In this document: positions 1-13,088 of the stretch, piece after piece
Layout: every line of letters begins with the position of its first letter
How positions within the stretch are numbered: the first letter of the stretch is position 1
Source of the DNA: Takakia lepidozioides
Taxonomy: Eukaryota > Plantae > Bryophyta
Assembly (NCBI GenBank): GCA_030704615.1
Contig: CM060733.1
Span: 76,074,001 to 76,138,000, forward strand
Direction: 5' to 3'
Length of the DNA stretch: 64,000 nt
Program-made: the position numbers and the translations under genes
Notes under the pieces: generated by a model
Database searches by the model: none
What the model was told of the DNA's origin: nothing
Seen by the model: the letters and a program-made list of their open reading frames with translations, nothing else

Positions 1-2746
1 GACACATACACACACATTCTATTTGTACAAAAAACAAAGATCCACATACAATAGTCAACTAGCTCTACATCTACAAAATCCTCTCATCACATGACTTCAT
101 CTAAATCATTTCACATATTATGTTGAGAGTGCTTTGATGCTCCACTACTCTTCCAACAAATCACATAGATACAACTGAAGTGGACAAGTAATAAATTTTA
201 TCAAACATCGATAGTATGCTCCCATATACACCGAAATAACCACCTATCACAGATCTCCAAATGAACCACCTGAGTGAGGTGTCACATACGTGAATTTGAC
301 ATTCATTTCTCCTCAGTCTTATATAATGGCATATACAACGTGTTGTAGCATGTAGTTGATGTCGGAATTTGATTTGCGGGCAACATGGGCTGACCTTCAA
401 TTTTGATGTTTTATATATATTTTTTCAAAAAACACCAATGATGAGTGTGATAATTGTTGTCTCTTAACGTTCATCATATCCCAAACACATTTTTTTAACC
501 GTTCATATGTATAAAAACACACGTCGAGATGTACATGTGACTATAAGATGAACAAACTCAATAAGTAATCAACATTTAGAAGTACAATTACATTGCATAC
601 CTCAACCATAAGATGCACATTGCCGAACGTGCAAATGTTCACAAATGGATCTGCGTCAACAAGTGTCTCTCCAATAAACATTCATTTTATAATTGAAGAA
701 CATGTGTTATGTAGTTTTTCTAATATATATATATTTTTTTCTCAAGTACAGATAACTCATTGTTTGACATGGTGGACTTCATAGAGAGCTCAAAGTCATC
801 TTTCACGGCCTCTCCTACCGACCGCATGTTTGTGAACAAAAGCCGAAACACCATGGCTCTCAACACCTTATGAACCTCAATATTGAATGTGGGCCCAATT
901 GGGACCCTATACAACCCATCGCAGCTTCAGCACAAGATACATCCTCGCATATGTCCATCTTTGTCGCCCTTTGAGCATCCCCCTCAACAACTATTCATGT
1001 TTGCATCGTTGAATATTACAAAATAAACAATATTGTGTAGTGTTCCATCCACATATCAACAATGTAAGATCCATGGAATTGCTTGGGATCTTGCCACAAG
1101 CATGTTATAGTGCAAAAAATGGTACACTGAAAGCTTTCACATAATCCAACGTTAGAATGGAGGATATTATACTGCCGCAACGGAAGCAAAAGAAAACAGT
1201 ATAATATCTACCTTGCCCTAGATCCGAACATGAATATCAAATGCAAGCATCTCATCTCTTTGGTGCTCGTAATATCAACTTTGTTATGCCTTAATGTGGT
1301 TCGTCCGAACACCTTGTCATCTCTGGCATCTAGACTGGTATCCAAAAATACCCGCTCACAAGTTAGTTGTTAGCAACATTGTATCATTCGTATACCTTAA
1401 GCTTAATCCCAACTGGGTGCTTGTCACCCTAGTTCACTGATCATACACCATCCCGATACTACACTGTCATTTTAGAAATTCAATAGTTCTTCACTGGACA
1501 TCTAATGCATCTTAACTCAAAATCCACTTAGAATAGTAATTATCACTCTATCATGATTGCAAAACCTCTCACAAAAAACCCTTGACAACAACAAATGGGT
1601 GATCACGTTCACACAAAAACTGCTGCCAATATATAACTTCATTTAGAAAATTTCAGCCAATTACAACATCCGTCTTTCCAATCTACCCTTGTACTATTGT
1701 CTGCACTCTAGTGGGCCTCAGCCCTTCTCTCTGAGTACTTCCCTCATCGCCTTAGTCTCTTCACCCTTCCCCCATCAAGTCGATCCACACTGATGCGTTT
1801 GGTGCAGCAGCGAGCCCCTTTTAAGCTCACTGGCCGTCAAGCTACCTTGGCTAGCTTACACCTGAATAACTAATAATTTATATTTTCCCAAAAATACCTT
1901 CTAGGCTTCGTATTTAGTATTGTCGGCTCAAAGGCTTGGCTCTTCATGCCGTTCCACTGCCATCATTTAAATGCAAGGTAGACCTACCTTAACTTTAAAT
2001 AATATTATCATACCCTGGTCTTCATCCCTCCTTGATGAGTCAACCATCCATTCCTCCCTTCATCCAACATTTCACTACTTTGCCAAATACCCCTTTAACC
2101 CCTAAGCGTCAAAACGACCCAAATTGGGTCGGTTGGGTTTAGAAAACAGGCTTGTTATCCCTGAGGTTAAGCCTGATGTGGGCCCACATAGGCTCATTCG
2201 ATTGGAAATCAAGTCAGGTATGGCGTGGCATTGCCCAATTGGTCATACGACTTGGCAATTGCCACGTGGAGAGCGTAGAGTCCGCCACACTCGTGATCGC
2301 GAGGCCACTTTCCACCATCTAACCTACCATGAGGATGACGTGACAACTAGGGTCAGGTGAGGGTGAAATTCCATGCACCCCCCCCATGGCAGGGTGGCGC
2401 ATCTCCCAACACCTATTATTGCGCCACTTACCCCCTAAATGGCACCCGCAACCGACCTGCTTCCCGGAGATCTCCATGCCTAATCCCCAAGCTGGAATCA
2501 ATGGCGATGGTAGCTCCGGACGTGGTTTGGTGTCAAACCTCTTGTTGTGGGGGGGAGAGCGCGGGAGGAAACTCAATTGATGCGCAACTCGAGAGCTGCC
2601 TCGAGATGCTTCTTCAACATTTTTTACTATCGCATTGATGCGATGTTGTGTGCGAGGGAGGCAACGCGGGTGGACAGGCATAGGGCCGCATTACGTACCT
2701 CCAGCCATGCCCGCGAGATTTACTTCAATGTTTTTTGTTTTTATTT

Positions 2747-4368
2747 TGTCGTGCACCTAAACATCGTGCCACAACATACATCATGTCCAACCACACTTCC
2801 TAGCATATAGTCCTAGAAAGCCACGCCACAATCGCCCCCCTAGCTAGTGATTAGGTCCCTCTAACACCGGGTAGCTTGCAAGTATCCACCCCAATAAGAT
2901 CATCGCTTGGTCTTCAATCGCACAAGTCTCAACACCTGAAGTCGATAGATCAAGAGGCCGGGTGCAAACGTAACCCCATCGTTAGTCGCCTTCATGCAAT
3001 CCATGATTTTCAGTTGAGTATCCATGGCATTGAAGCCCCACTAGCTAGACCTTGGATCACTTGTCCGCCTCACCGTTGTCATGCTCACTACCTCTGTCCA
3101 AGGCATCGTGGACACAACCATTCTCTGATAGGAACTTCCTCAAGTGGCGGTATCAAGCATCTCATGTGCCACCCCCTTGAGCATTTGTCACACACCAACA
3201 TGGTCGCGGCACCACCAGCGTGCCCACATAACATGCAACGCAAACCTGCAGGTACCACTGCAAGGTTGGGATCTATCCTCACATCCACATGTGGAAAGTG
3301 ACATGGCGCACAATTGCGCACATGGTCCTTCCATACCATGTTATCTCGACCCTCCAGAATCAATACTCTTGAAGGCAACACCTCCCTGACCCTTAGAATC
3401 ACACGTCATGCTGTGATATCCAAGGTCGTAGGAGCTGTCTGCTGCAGATACACATAGTCCCCAGGGTGGAAACGCCAAACACTTGGCCGATATCCACGTA
3501 TAGTGACGTACCTCAATGTGTCTCGGTGTTGGGCAATAGCAAGGTTCTCAAAAGCCATAGGCGTGACTCTCTTGAACAACTCTGCCCGCTGGACACATGC
3601 TTGTGTCCACACATCCGGATCATCAAGGTTGAGAACTATTGCAGCCTCCCTACGAATAGATGCAGGCAAATATGGCTCTCGGCCGAAGAGAAGAAAGTAA
3701 GGTGAGAATGAGGCAAATGAAGCTTGTTTGTTATAGCCCATAGCTAGCCAAGGCAGCTGAAGGTCCCAATCTCCTAGGTGTCCCTTCTGCAAACCGTACT
3801 TGCGCAAACCTCTTTTGACTGTCTGAACAACTCTCTCCGCCAAGCCATCAGCCTCGGGATAATCTCGAGAAGTAGTGCGGTAATCTATCAAGGCTTGCTC
3901 ACACAAAGCCTGAAACTCTCCCAAAAACTCTCTCCCCTGGTCCGTGAGTACCTTGGCTGGAGCACCAAAATGGCTAAGCACTCGATCTAATAATGCATAC
4001 GCAGCCCCCTCACTTGCCTTGTCAGGCAATGCCACCAGTTCAATCCATTTGGAGAAGTGTTCCACCATCACCAGCACATACTTGTTATGGCGAATCGTCA
4101 ATGGCAATGGGCCTGCGAAGTCAAAACTCCAACGATAGCCCAAACCCATAATGGGTAAAGGATGCAATTGTGGAGTATGGGCATTGAAAGAAGCCCGCAC
4201 TCTATCACACACCATGCACCTTGCCACTAACTGTTGCTCATCTGTGTGCATGACCCGCCACCAATACTGCCCTTGCAGCAAACTATGAGTGCGCCGCACC
4301 CCAAAATGTCTCAACTCCTCATGGGCATGGCGTACCAATCGAGCTTGTTGTGTTAGATGAGGCACAAT
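2747..4368 (-). mobile_element. 5'-truncated copy of the Ty3/Gypsy integrase-PHD element (integrase, PHD finger, PPT, 84-bp terminal B segment)
   Basis: ORFs 3406-4437 (HHCC; WSFDF..TDQGREF..GLAER DDE integrase) and 3088-3402 (PHD: CMLC..CDKC..WHMRC..WLCPRC) are near-identical to 61271-62544. The PPT at 2831-2841 is followed by the B segment 2830-2747, ending ..GTGCACGACA. Homology stops at about 4368. Confidence 0.92.
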
Positions 4369-5010
4369 GTCTCGATTTGGTTGGTTGTTTTCTTTTTCTT
4401 CTTTCTTCCCTGCTCTGTTCTCTTCTATCTTTTCCATGTAACGAGCCTGGGGTACTTAAGTTGAAGGCAGCTAATCATCAGAATACCGCCCTATCGATTT
4501 TCAACTGGGAAATCATACTAGGATGTGACCTAGTTGTTTTCTTTGTTGGCCCAGCACATCCAATCTTATTGCTTAACTTACTAACTTCAAGCTGAGACCT
4601 TAATTAGTGTTTGGATGATCTAGAAGAGGTGCTGATTGAATCTCATATAAGGAAGAATGTAAATGGGAATCTGATTCAAATTTAAGGAAAACAAGTGGTG
4701 AGTGCAGAATTATGAATTTTTGAACAAGGACAATTCTTGACTGCAAATAGTTTTGTTATTATTATGAACAGCTACGATTTGAGTTAAAAACCTTTTTATG
4801 AACCTTGATTCACAAACTAATTCTAGAATCTTGTGGAGTAAAGCTTAGGTTACAGCTTAAGCTTTACAGAAAGTGAATCGAAGAATGTAGCAGGGACTTA
4901 TGAATTTTTGAAAACGGGGAATTCTAACTGTCATGCAATGTTAAAAAGTGAGCTTGGACTATTGTGTTTAAATAACTAAAAGCAACCACCTTGTAACAAC
5001 ATCTTTACAT

Positions 5011-5230
5011 TAGTCTGATGGTTAGTCTGGTAGCTTACACCCTCGTGGTTTGGGATTCAACTCTTGCAGGCCGTAACTTATATAGTTTTGTTCATCTATT
5101 CAAAACCTTTGTAATAGCCCTATAAGTACTTAGATAGGCAAGTTGATTTTGAATATAACTTGAGGGACTTACTGGTTAGAGGTTGCGCTTGCACATTCGA
5201 GGTTAGGGTTTCAAATCCCAATAGCCGCCA
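5011..5230 (+). repeat. Two degenerate tRNA-derived SINE-like heads
   Basis: A-box-like TAGTCTGATGG / TTACTGGTTAG and B-box-like GGGATTCAACTC / GGTTTCAAATCCC at tRNA-like spacing. No convincing cloverleaf. Similar heads lie on the minus strand near 7600 and 22155. Confidence 0.3.
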
Positions 5231-6014
5231 CACTATTTTTTATAGTTAGTTTTGACTCTCTTCTTTTATTTTGGTTATAGTAATATTGTTTGTTGGGCTG
5301 ATCTTTCCCTCAAAATGATCTAATTAATTATTCTTGACTCACCTAGATTAATGGGCACTAGTAAGAACTAAATAAATCAGTATCTCTATCTTTTGAACAT
5401 ATACATAAAGTTATTCAAAAAGAAAAAAAATACTAAAGTTGGTTAATTGAAATTAATTTGTTGTTGTTTACTGAATAACTAATATTTACACTAGATATCT
5501 CTCCTCTAAAATAACCATAACCCTTATACCAAAGGTAATTATACATTCGCATTGCTTATTCCTGGATTATTGTTTTCATAAATACGTCAATGAGTTAGTA
5601 TCAACTGTTGGTTATAGATTACAAACGCGAAACACTTATAACATAGAAAAATTATAATCCACATTAGCAGCACCCTTGGGGCTAGGCGGCGCCTTCGGGA
5701 CCTAATCTAGCTCTGCCTAAACACGAACCCTAAATTAAGTATGCACTCGTTAATGGGATGCATTAATGATTGACACAGTCCCAGGAAAAAAAAGGAAAAA
5801 CTCCTCCCCCACACAAATTCACTTGCCCCCCTCTCCCACGGCTCAGTCCTGGCCACCGAAGTTGAAATTCCAAGAAGCCCCAGAACCGCACTCACAGAGA
5901 GGGAAAAAAAATGGGTTGGGAATGAGGGGTAGGCCCTTATATACTGCCTAGAGAGGTCTGCCTTGAGCGGCGCGCGACCGCCTCTGCTGCCCATTCACAC
6001 CTCGCCACGTGTCC

Positions 6015-6455
6015 AGGTAGCGGTCGCATCTATGGGTGGTCGCAGCTAATAACAAAACAAAAAAAATGTTGTGATCCCCCCCTGTTGGTGGTCGCACCTT
6101 TTAAAAAACAAAACGAAAATGTACGACCCCCCATAAGCGGTCGCACCTAATAACAAAAAAAAAAAAAGTCTGCGACCACCACTGGTTGGTGGTCGCACCC
6201 ATTTAAAAAATAATTAAAAATGTGCGACCATCCCCTGTTGGTAGTCGCACCTATTTAAAAAAAATGAAAATGTTGCGACCACCACCTGCTAGTGGTCGCA
6301 CCCTATTTTTATTTATTTTTAAATGTGCGACCAGCTCTGCTTGTGGTCGCACCCATTTAAAAAATAAGAAAAAATGTGTGACCATCCCTTTCTCGTGGTC
6401 GCACCTATTTTTTTAAAAGGAAAATTGTCCGACCAACCTTTGCTGACGGTCGCAT
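6015..6455. repeat. Tandem array (~51-bp period, ~8 units) of TGCGACC-N-GGTCGCA hairpin units separated by A/T tracts; probable DNA-transposon subterminal repeats
   Basis: GGTCGCA-type motif recurs at about 6090, 6139, 6191, 6244, 6294, 6345, 6397 and 6448. TTTTGTAGTA at 6696-6705 is one mismatch from a CACTA right end. Confidence 0.75.
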
Positions 6456-9400
6456 GGTTGCCAATATAAATCATAATATATGAATTTTACAGATAAATAA
6501 TGAAGTCCACGTAATGAGGCCACATCGGTTGCCACGTCGGTATTCATAGTAAATAGTCAATAGTAAAGTAAAAAAATAAACATATTTATGTACAGTAACG
6601 TTCGTTTAGGACATGACGTGACGCACGTCCGTCGCAGACGTCGGACGTGACGCTGATGCGTCAACGTCACGTCACGTCCAAATTTGCAACTAGGATTTTG
6701 TAGTACCTTACCAGAATGTTCTCAAGTTTCCTAGCGGCCCCCCAAACCCTAACAGGCGGCGGTTAGGGTTCTCCTTTCCCCGCCCCCTACTAGAGCTCGA
6801 CTTGTCGCTGTAGGTCTATTCGGGTATCATGTTAATATGCACATATAGAGATTATGGATGCAGGTATCCTATGAGATGAGGAGGTTTCCCTTGTGGTTTT
6901 CTTGAATATTCAAATGGTCATTTGAATAGTTCAGATGGTCATTTCAATATTGAATTTGAATTTGAATACTAGTACCATTTGTAATTTATTATTTTTTAAT
7001 ACCATATCCGAGTTCATATTTCTAGGTTATTGACATTCAGATACCATTGCTCATATCCGGATTGATTTTTCAAAAAAAACCACTCTATGCATACCAGATT
7101 CATACTTGAAAAAATGAGGGGCTGCATTATTGGAAAACCTACCTATCTTAAAAAAAAACAGCACTGCATACCAGGACTCTTCTGGTATTTCTAATTCAAG
7201 ATATCATACCAACACTGGTGTATTAGTCTAGAAGAGTGGCTACATTTGTACAAGGGTGGTTGGAAATCTATATGAGCTGAGGACAGCTGGTGTGAGAATA
7301 AGGTACAAGAATAATGATGTACACACAACGAGTACGCTCATAAGTATTGTACTCGTCATGCTCCATCTCTATTTACATCCACTATTTGCTGGTCTAAATT
7401 TTTTCTTTTCATGAGCAGGACCAAATGTATAGAGCTGTTGATTTTTTATTTGTTTTTGCTAAAGGAAACCATCGCAATTCATCCTTGGGATGGGGAAAAA
7501 AATAACCCCCTTTCATATAAGCCATAAAAGCACACACAAGAGAGAAACTTTACCCAGACCAACCAGTCACAAAACAAACCATACCCGCAAAACAGAGTAG
7601 CAGGCTTTGAACCTCGAACCACCAGGGTGACACACAGTGCACTTATCCTGCTCAAAATATTGCTTTCAGCGAATATATGAAATAGATATTGATGTTTGTT
7701 TATTAATAGAGTGTAGAAGGAGAGCTACGTCTATACAAGGGTGAATTAGGAATATGAGGACAGCTTGTATGAGCTTGAATTCATTACCATCAATTTTTGG
7801 ACCAAATATCTGAAGCAAATCTATAGCCACCTCATTTTGGCTTCATTTTTCCTAAAATACTTCTTGGGATCAAGACCATGGTGTGACAATCCCACAACAT
7901 CTTTGAAATATCATGCATGAAATGGTTCTTTTGGGTCCAAAGCTTTCACCCGAGCATGAAGTGCAAGCAGCAACATGCAACTCGGGAGATAATGCAGTAT
8001 GACCAAAAAAGTTTGAGAGTTCTATATTGACAGAAGAGGAATGAAGCTGAAAGCTACTATCACCATGATAGGCCGGTATGATATCTTTGCACTCCTCCCC
8101 AACTACCAAGAAGGACTTAAAGACGAAGCATAAGCTGCATAATTTTGAGCATCACACCGGACATATTGAGATTGTCTAAGTCACTGTATCACACTATTAT
8201 GCCCCCACTTTTTGTGAGAAGTGTCACTCTAATGGAGTCTTATTCTTGCCTTCATAAAAGATCACAACTCAATGTCAAGTTTGCTTCTAAACTGATGTCT
8301 TTTTATAATCTTAAACATGAAATTACAACTCAATTACAATTCATAACACAATCTCCTGTAAAATCTTGTCTGATATTAATTAGAACCTAACCACCCATAG
8401 GTCATCTTGATCCGTAAAAGAGTGAACACCGCCCACAATATTGACAGAAAATTTGATTTTTCTTCAAAGTTTCATATACAATAACAACTAAGGATGTCGA
8501 AGCTTACCATAGCTCGATGACAATCCAATTATCCATTGTAGATAAAATTTGTACACAAATTAACGTAATTTCTTTTCTATATATTAAGAGTCAAACATCA
8601 CTACAGTGCACTGTTGTGCACAACTTAAACTCCTTCTATGATCCTTATAGCTAGCTTGTGTTCTTATTACCAAAACCTAACCGTTTGCACAACGATATTC
8701 ACTATTCCGTAAACATGAAGAAAAGCGGGAGGAAATTAGTGAGGGGGAACGTGAAAGGAGAAGCAAGAAGAAGATGGGAGAAAAAAATAATATAACCCAT
8801 ATATTTTACCAGTGAAGATATACCAATGTTATCATTATTCATACTTGGATGATTAATTCAAAAAAAATAAAAATAAAAATTAATTTAAATAAATACATTA
8901 ATTTAAAATAAAAATAAAAATAAAAATAAAAAACAGAGAGAAGACGGTGGATGGTGCGTACTTCACTTTGCAGCTACTTACTACCCCTCCCCGGGGATGG
9001 GCCATATGAATAAAATTCATTACACTGTGGGTAATTTATATTTGTTGGTAATTAATGTTTTGTGATCTTATATCGGTGAGGTGAAGATTTTTCAAGCCAA
9101 CGTAGACGGCTGGATAAGTGTGTTTGGTTATTTACCGGCTTGAGCTTTGTATGTGTATACCACCATGTACCAGCCGACAATAAGAGGTGTCAAGGCCAAA
9201 GATAGTGTGTATCAGCAAATTATTTTTCACGTTTAGTTGATGATCAAAAGTTGATCCATTACCCGGGATTATGTCCCAAAGTCATAATTATTCACACCTT
9301 AATGGGATGGCCGTTATGGCCTATCTTGCCGGGCTTGCTCAACATTCTTGTGGTTATGAGTTCGTCCCTGCCTTTTGGTCCTCCTCCTCCTCTTGTTCCC

Positions 9401-12019
9401 CACTTTGTGGACTTTCAGTATTCAAAAATTAATAGAGGTATTGGTGTAGTAATATGATGGGAAGTGCGAGCAAGAAGCTGATTGCACATCACAAAGCACT
9501 AGACAAACATATGGGTGATCAGAGAGCCTACAGTGAATGGGACCAAGCTGGGATTCTAGTCAATGAGGTCATAGGGGGGGTTTCTACGAGGGTAGCAGAC
9601 TAGAGACAATTCCCAAAGGGGTTCATGAAAGATGGTGGGGGGGGTGAAAAAGAAAAGAAAATAAAAGAAGTCCTCCGGTGTCATGTGGATAATTTGGACT
9701 ACCAGCTGGAAATGAACAGAAAGCATTTGACTTTTGAGTCAAATGGCTTGCTAGGTTCTACTGTCGGGATGTACATATAGGGTGGGTTTCCCATAAATGG
9801 AGCAAGGCGGTGGGACATGTTTTGAAGAGGTTGTAGGAGGCATTTACTGGATCTTGGTCATGTGAGGCTGTTCTCAGCCGCATATGGAGGATGCAACGAC
9901 ATAGGAGATGTCATTACCGCATGGTTGCAGCGGCAAATGGTAAACTCTTTCCATGGATTTAATGCTAGTTTTGAATTAACAAATTAAAAAGGGGCTAACA
10001 CATTATTTCTTGTGATTGGGCACATGAAACAAACCTCATGATTGTAGCAATGTAAGCTGGAAGTACTTTGTGGAGGAGGTACGGCTTAATCGACGTATGC
10101 CAATTAGCAGACAACGAAGTGGTCATACCAACTGCTTGGGGAGTGGTGGTATGCGTAGTTTCATCCAAAAATTTGTAAGAATATAAATTTATTGTCTTTT
10201 TTTTTTGCTTTTCAAGGCAGCAAATTTTATGTCTTTTTGTTCCCTCTGTTCTTACTTTATCACAGTGTGTAGTCTATGACTGAAAAGTACTAATGCAATG
10301 GCTGATATGTTCTTGTATGTAGAAAACTAGGAACCTTGGTTTGGAGGGAGCCCTCTAGGCTCTTCCGAGGAATCGCAAGCAGCCAAATCAAAGGGTGTCA
10401 AGAAATGTCTTGCAGGGTTTGAAAATGTCCCAATCAATGATGGAGCATCATTTTCAAGTGACGACAACTCGAGCAATAGTGATGTAAGTCTACGTTTATT
10501 TTTGTGTTCTTTAGTTTGCTTCAGCTTGCTTTGACCTGCTATGGATATATCATACATTAAAATGATTAGATGATTGGTGTGGTGGATAGTATTGTTGTCA
10601 CTTCATGCATGTTTGAACTAAATACAGGTGGTGGTCAAGTCTTTGCAGCAGCTGACTTTGGATAACAATTGTCTATGCAAAGTGTGGTTATTTCTAACGA
10701 GAGTTCAAATTGTAGTTTCTTCTTCTTCTGTATTTCACCCACTTTCATTAGTGTGTTGTAGTATTCCTTCAATTTATGAGAGTCAATTGAAAGTCCAAAA
10801 AATTTGTTGGTATTTGAGGAACTAGTGTTCTGGTTCCATTATCCACAACTATAAAATTGAATGTTTTTGGAAGTTCAGGTAACCGGTCTAATTTCTCACT
10901 CTTTTAGCTAGACAAACCGGGTTATGGCTAAATTTAGTGACTAGCGAACCTCATAGATCTCTCTCAGCATACTCAAATGCTCAGTTGTACCTCGATACTC
11001 ACAACAGTCATTATGTGATGCAATTTGAGTAACAATAAATAGTGGTACTGGAAAAAGAAGAACATGATCATAAAAGCTGAGTGGCAATGTCCAGGGACTT
11101 GTCCAGACGTCCAGACTCAGCGGAATTTGTACACACTAAACAAACATGTTGCAAGAGTGGTCTTTGCATTTTTCTTTATATGGCATACAACTTTGGTTGT
11201 AATGACAATGTTGAGATGTTACAAATTTTGTTGTTCATCAAAGTATGGTTATTTATGTAGTAAAATCTATAAGACATGATATTATCATTCTACCCAGCAG
11301 TCTAAATATAATATTAGTTTTTAATTAATATTCAAATAAAACAACTATAAGATATCAAACTTCACAGTATTATTCTCAATATGTTACTGCAGTATAATTA
11401 GTTGACAAGAATGATATTTTAAATATGCAATAAATAGATAATAATGAGTAACAACAATTAAGCTACCAGAATAAACAGAAAAAAAAACAAATACATCCTT
11501 ACAATTGCATATAATAATTTAAAAACAACATATATTATAGATTAAAAATTGAAATTATTCTGATTAAGTATATTATCAATAGTGCAAATATTCTAGACTA
11601 AAACAAAATAATATATTATAAACATATGTAGAGATATATTATAATGTTTTATTCGAAGACAAACATATATTATAAATTAACAATTAATTTTATTCTGAAT
11701 AAGTATATTATCAATTGTGAAAATATTATATTAATACTATAATAATGATGATGATGATTAAACGAGTAAATAATAAATAGCTGCATAATAGTGGCTTAAA
11801 TATGTCATTTACAAAGTGTCATTGTAGTATGATTAGTACAAAAAATGCTATTGTAGACGTATCCAAAAAAATTTAAAATGATTAACAGAAATTCAATTAC
11901 AAAAAGCAGCCAAAAAAATAATTATATCATTATAATGGCATATTATTATCACAAAACCATTAGTAATATAACTAAATAACTGGAAACATTGTAAATAGGT
12001 GGAATGAATACTTTGTCAT

Positions 12020-12114
12020 CATTATTATTATTATTATTATTATTTCAAGAACAGGGGACACTGGCTCTGGGTCGAATTTTATTAAGATTATTGAAGATTA
12101 ATTTCTAATAGTAT

Positions 12115-12150
<36 letters not shown>
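12020..12150. repeat. (TTA)n and (TAA)n microsatellites in a very AT-rich block (~11300-12800)
   Basis: Directly visible trinucleotide runs. Confidence 0.9.
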
Positions 12151-12151
<1 letters not shown>

Positions 12152-12881
12152 GCAATTAAAGGATAAACAAATAAAAATTGCATTAATCAGTATAAAAATG
12201 TCATTTTCAAAACACTAAAACAATCAGTAGATATACCATTGTCACTGAATATAATTGTAAAACAATAGCTTATTAATAGAAATAAATAATTGAAACAACC
12301 AGTATAAGTAATTAATCCTAGAAAGTTTATTATAATATTTTTAAGAGCGTTAAAAACATGTCCCAGAAATATGTCCCAGAAACATAAATAATACCGTTAC
12401 TTTTGGGAATGCAAGGTTTACATCTGAAGAACAACATTAAATAAATCATAAAAATAGATTATACTATGTTTATAGAAAGTATTGATCAAATGTGGTAAAG
12501 AATTGTAGATAATAAGTAATATTATAATGGCAAATTTCAGGAAGTACTAAGTATCCTCAAGAAGATGCAAAAATTCCTGACGGAAATACATCCTTGAATG
12601 ATTATAAATATATCAATAATATTATCTATCACTACTAATAATCTGTTAAAACTGACTTCTTTTAAACACTCCCCTCATGAATCTGTAACCAATACTTTTA
12701 AGTTTATATTTGTAACGTTTTAGGCATAATTTGTCTACATATTGAACAAAAATCACAAATTTTTAAATCTCAAAACATTATTAAAATGTGGAAAACTTAC
12801 TACAACTCTGCTCTTAAAAAACCAAATTGTAGTAGTGAATTGCATGCAACACGGGCTCATCCTGTGGCCTGAAATACTGAC

Positions 12882-13088
12882 CTAAACAAAATGCGAGTCC
12901 GACGCAAGAGTACCTGAAAGAGCATCAAGCAGACCCAGAGGGCCAGATGGACCCATAATAGCCAAAATTTGGCCAGGCTTACATACCCCGTAGCATAGAG
13001 AAGCACTCCCTAGAGCAATTCCCCGGGTTGCATGTACTTCGTCATACCCGGAGCCATTCCAATTAGTCTCCTCCTGATCAATGCCCAT
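12882..13088 (-). pseudogene. ABCG (WBC) half-transporter N-terminal fragment with broken Walker A
   Basis: GVCKPGQILAIMGPSG-PLGLLDALSGTLAS matches the ABCG pattern G..PG.I.AIMGPSGSGKSTLLDALAGRL, but GKST is lost. No downstream exons were recognised. Confidence 0.65.

Noticed and set aside
1-2700. Possible decayed DNA-transposon coding remnants on the minus strand
   Set aside because: No diagnostic motif or terminus could be established by eye.
5011-5230. Functional tRNA genes
   Set aside because: No consistent acceptor or anticodon stems; kept only as low-confidence SINE-like remnants.
9300-10500. Exon-like pieces (e.g. 10331-10483) of a possible gene or LINE
   Set aside because: Could not be assembled into a consistent frame or assigned to a family.
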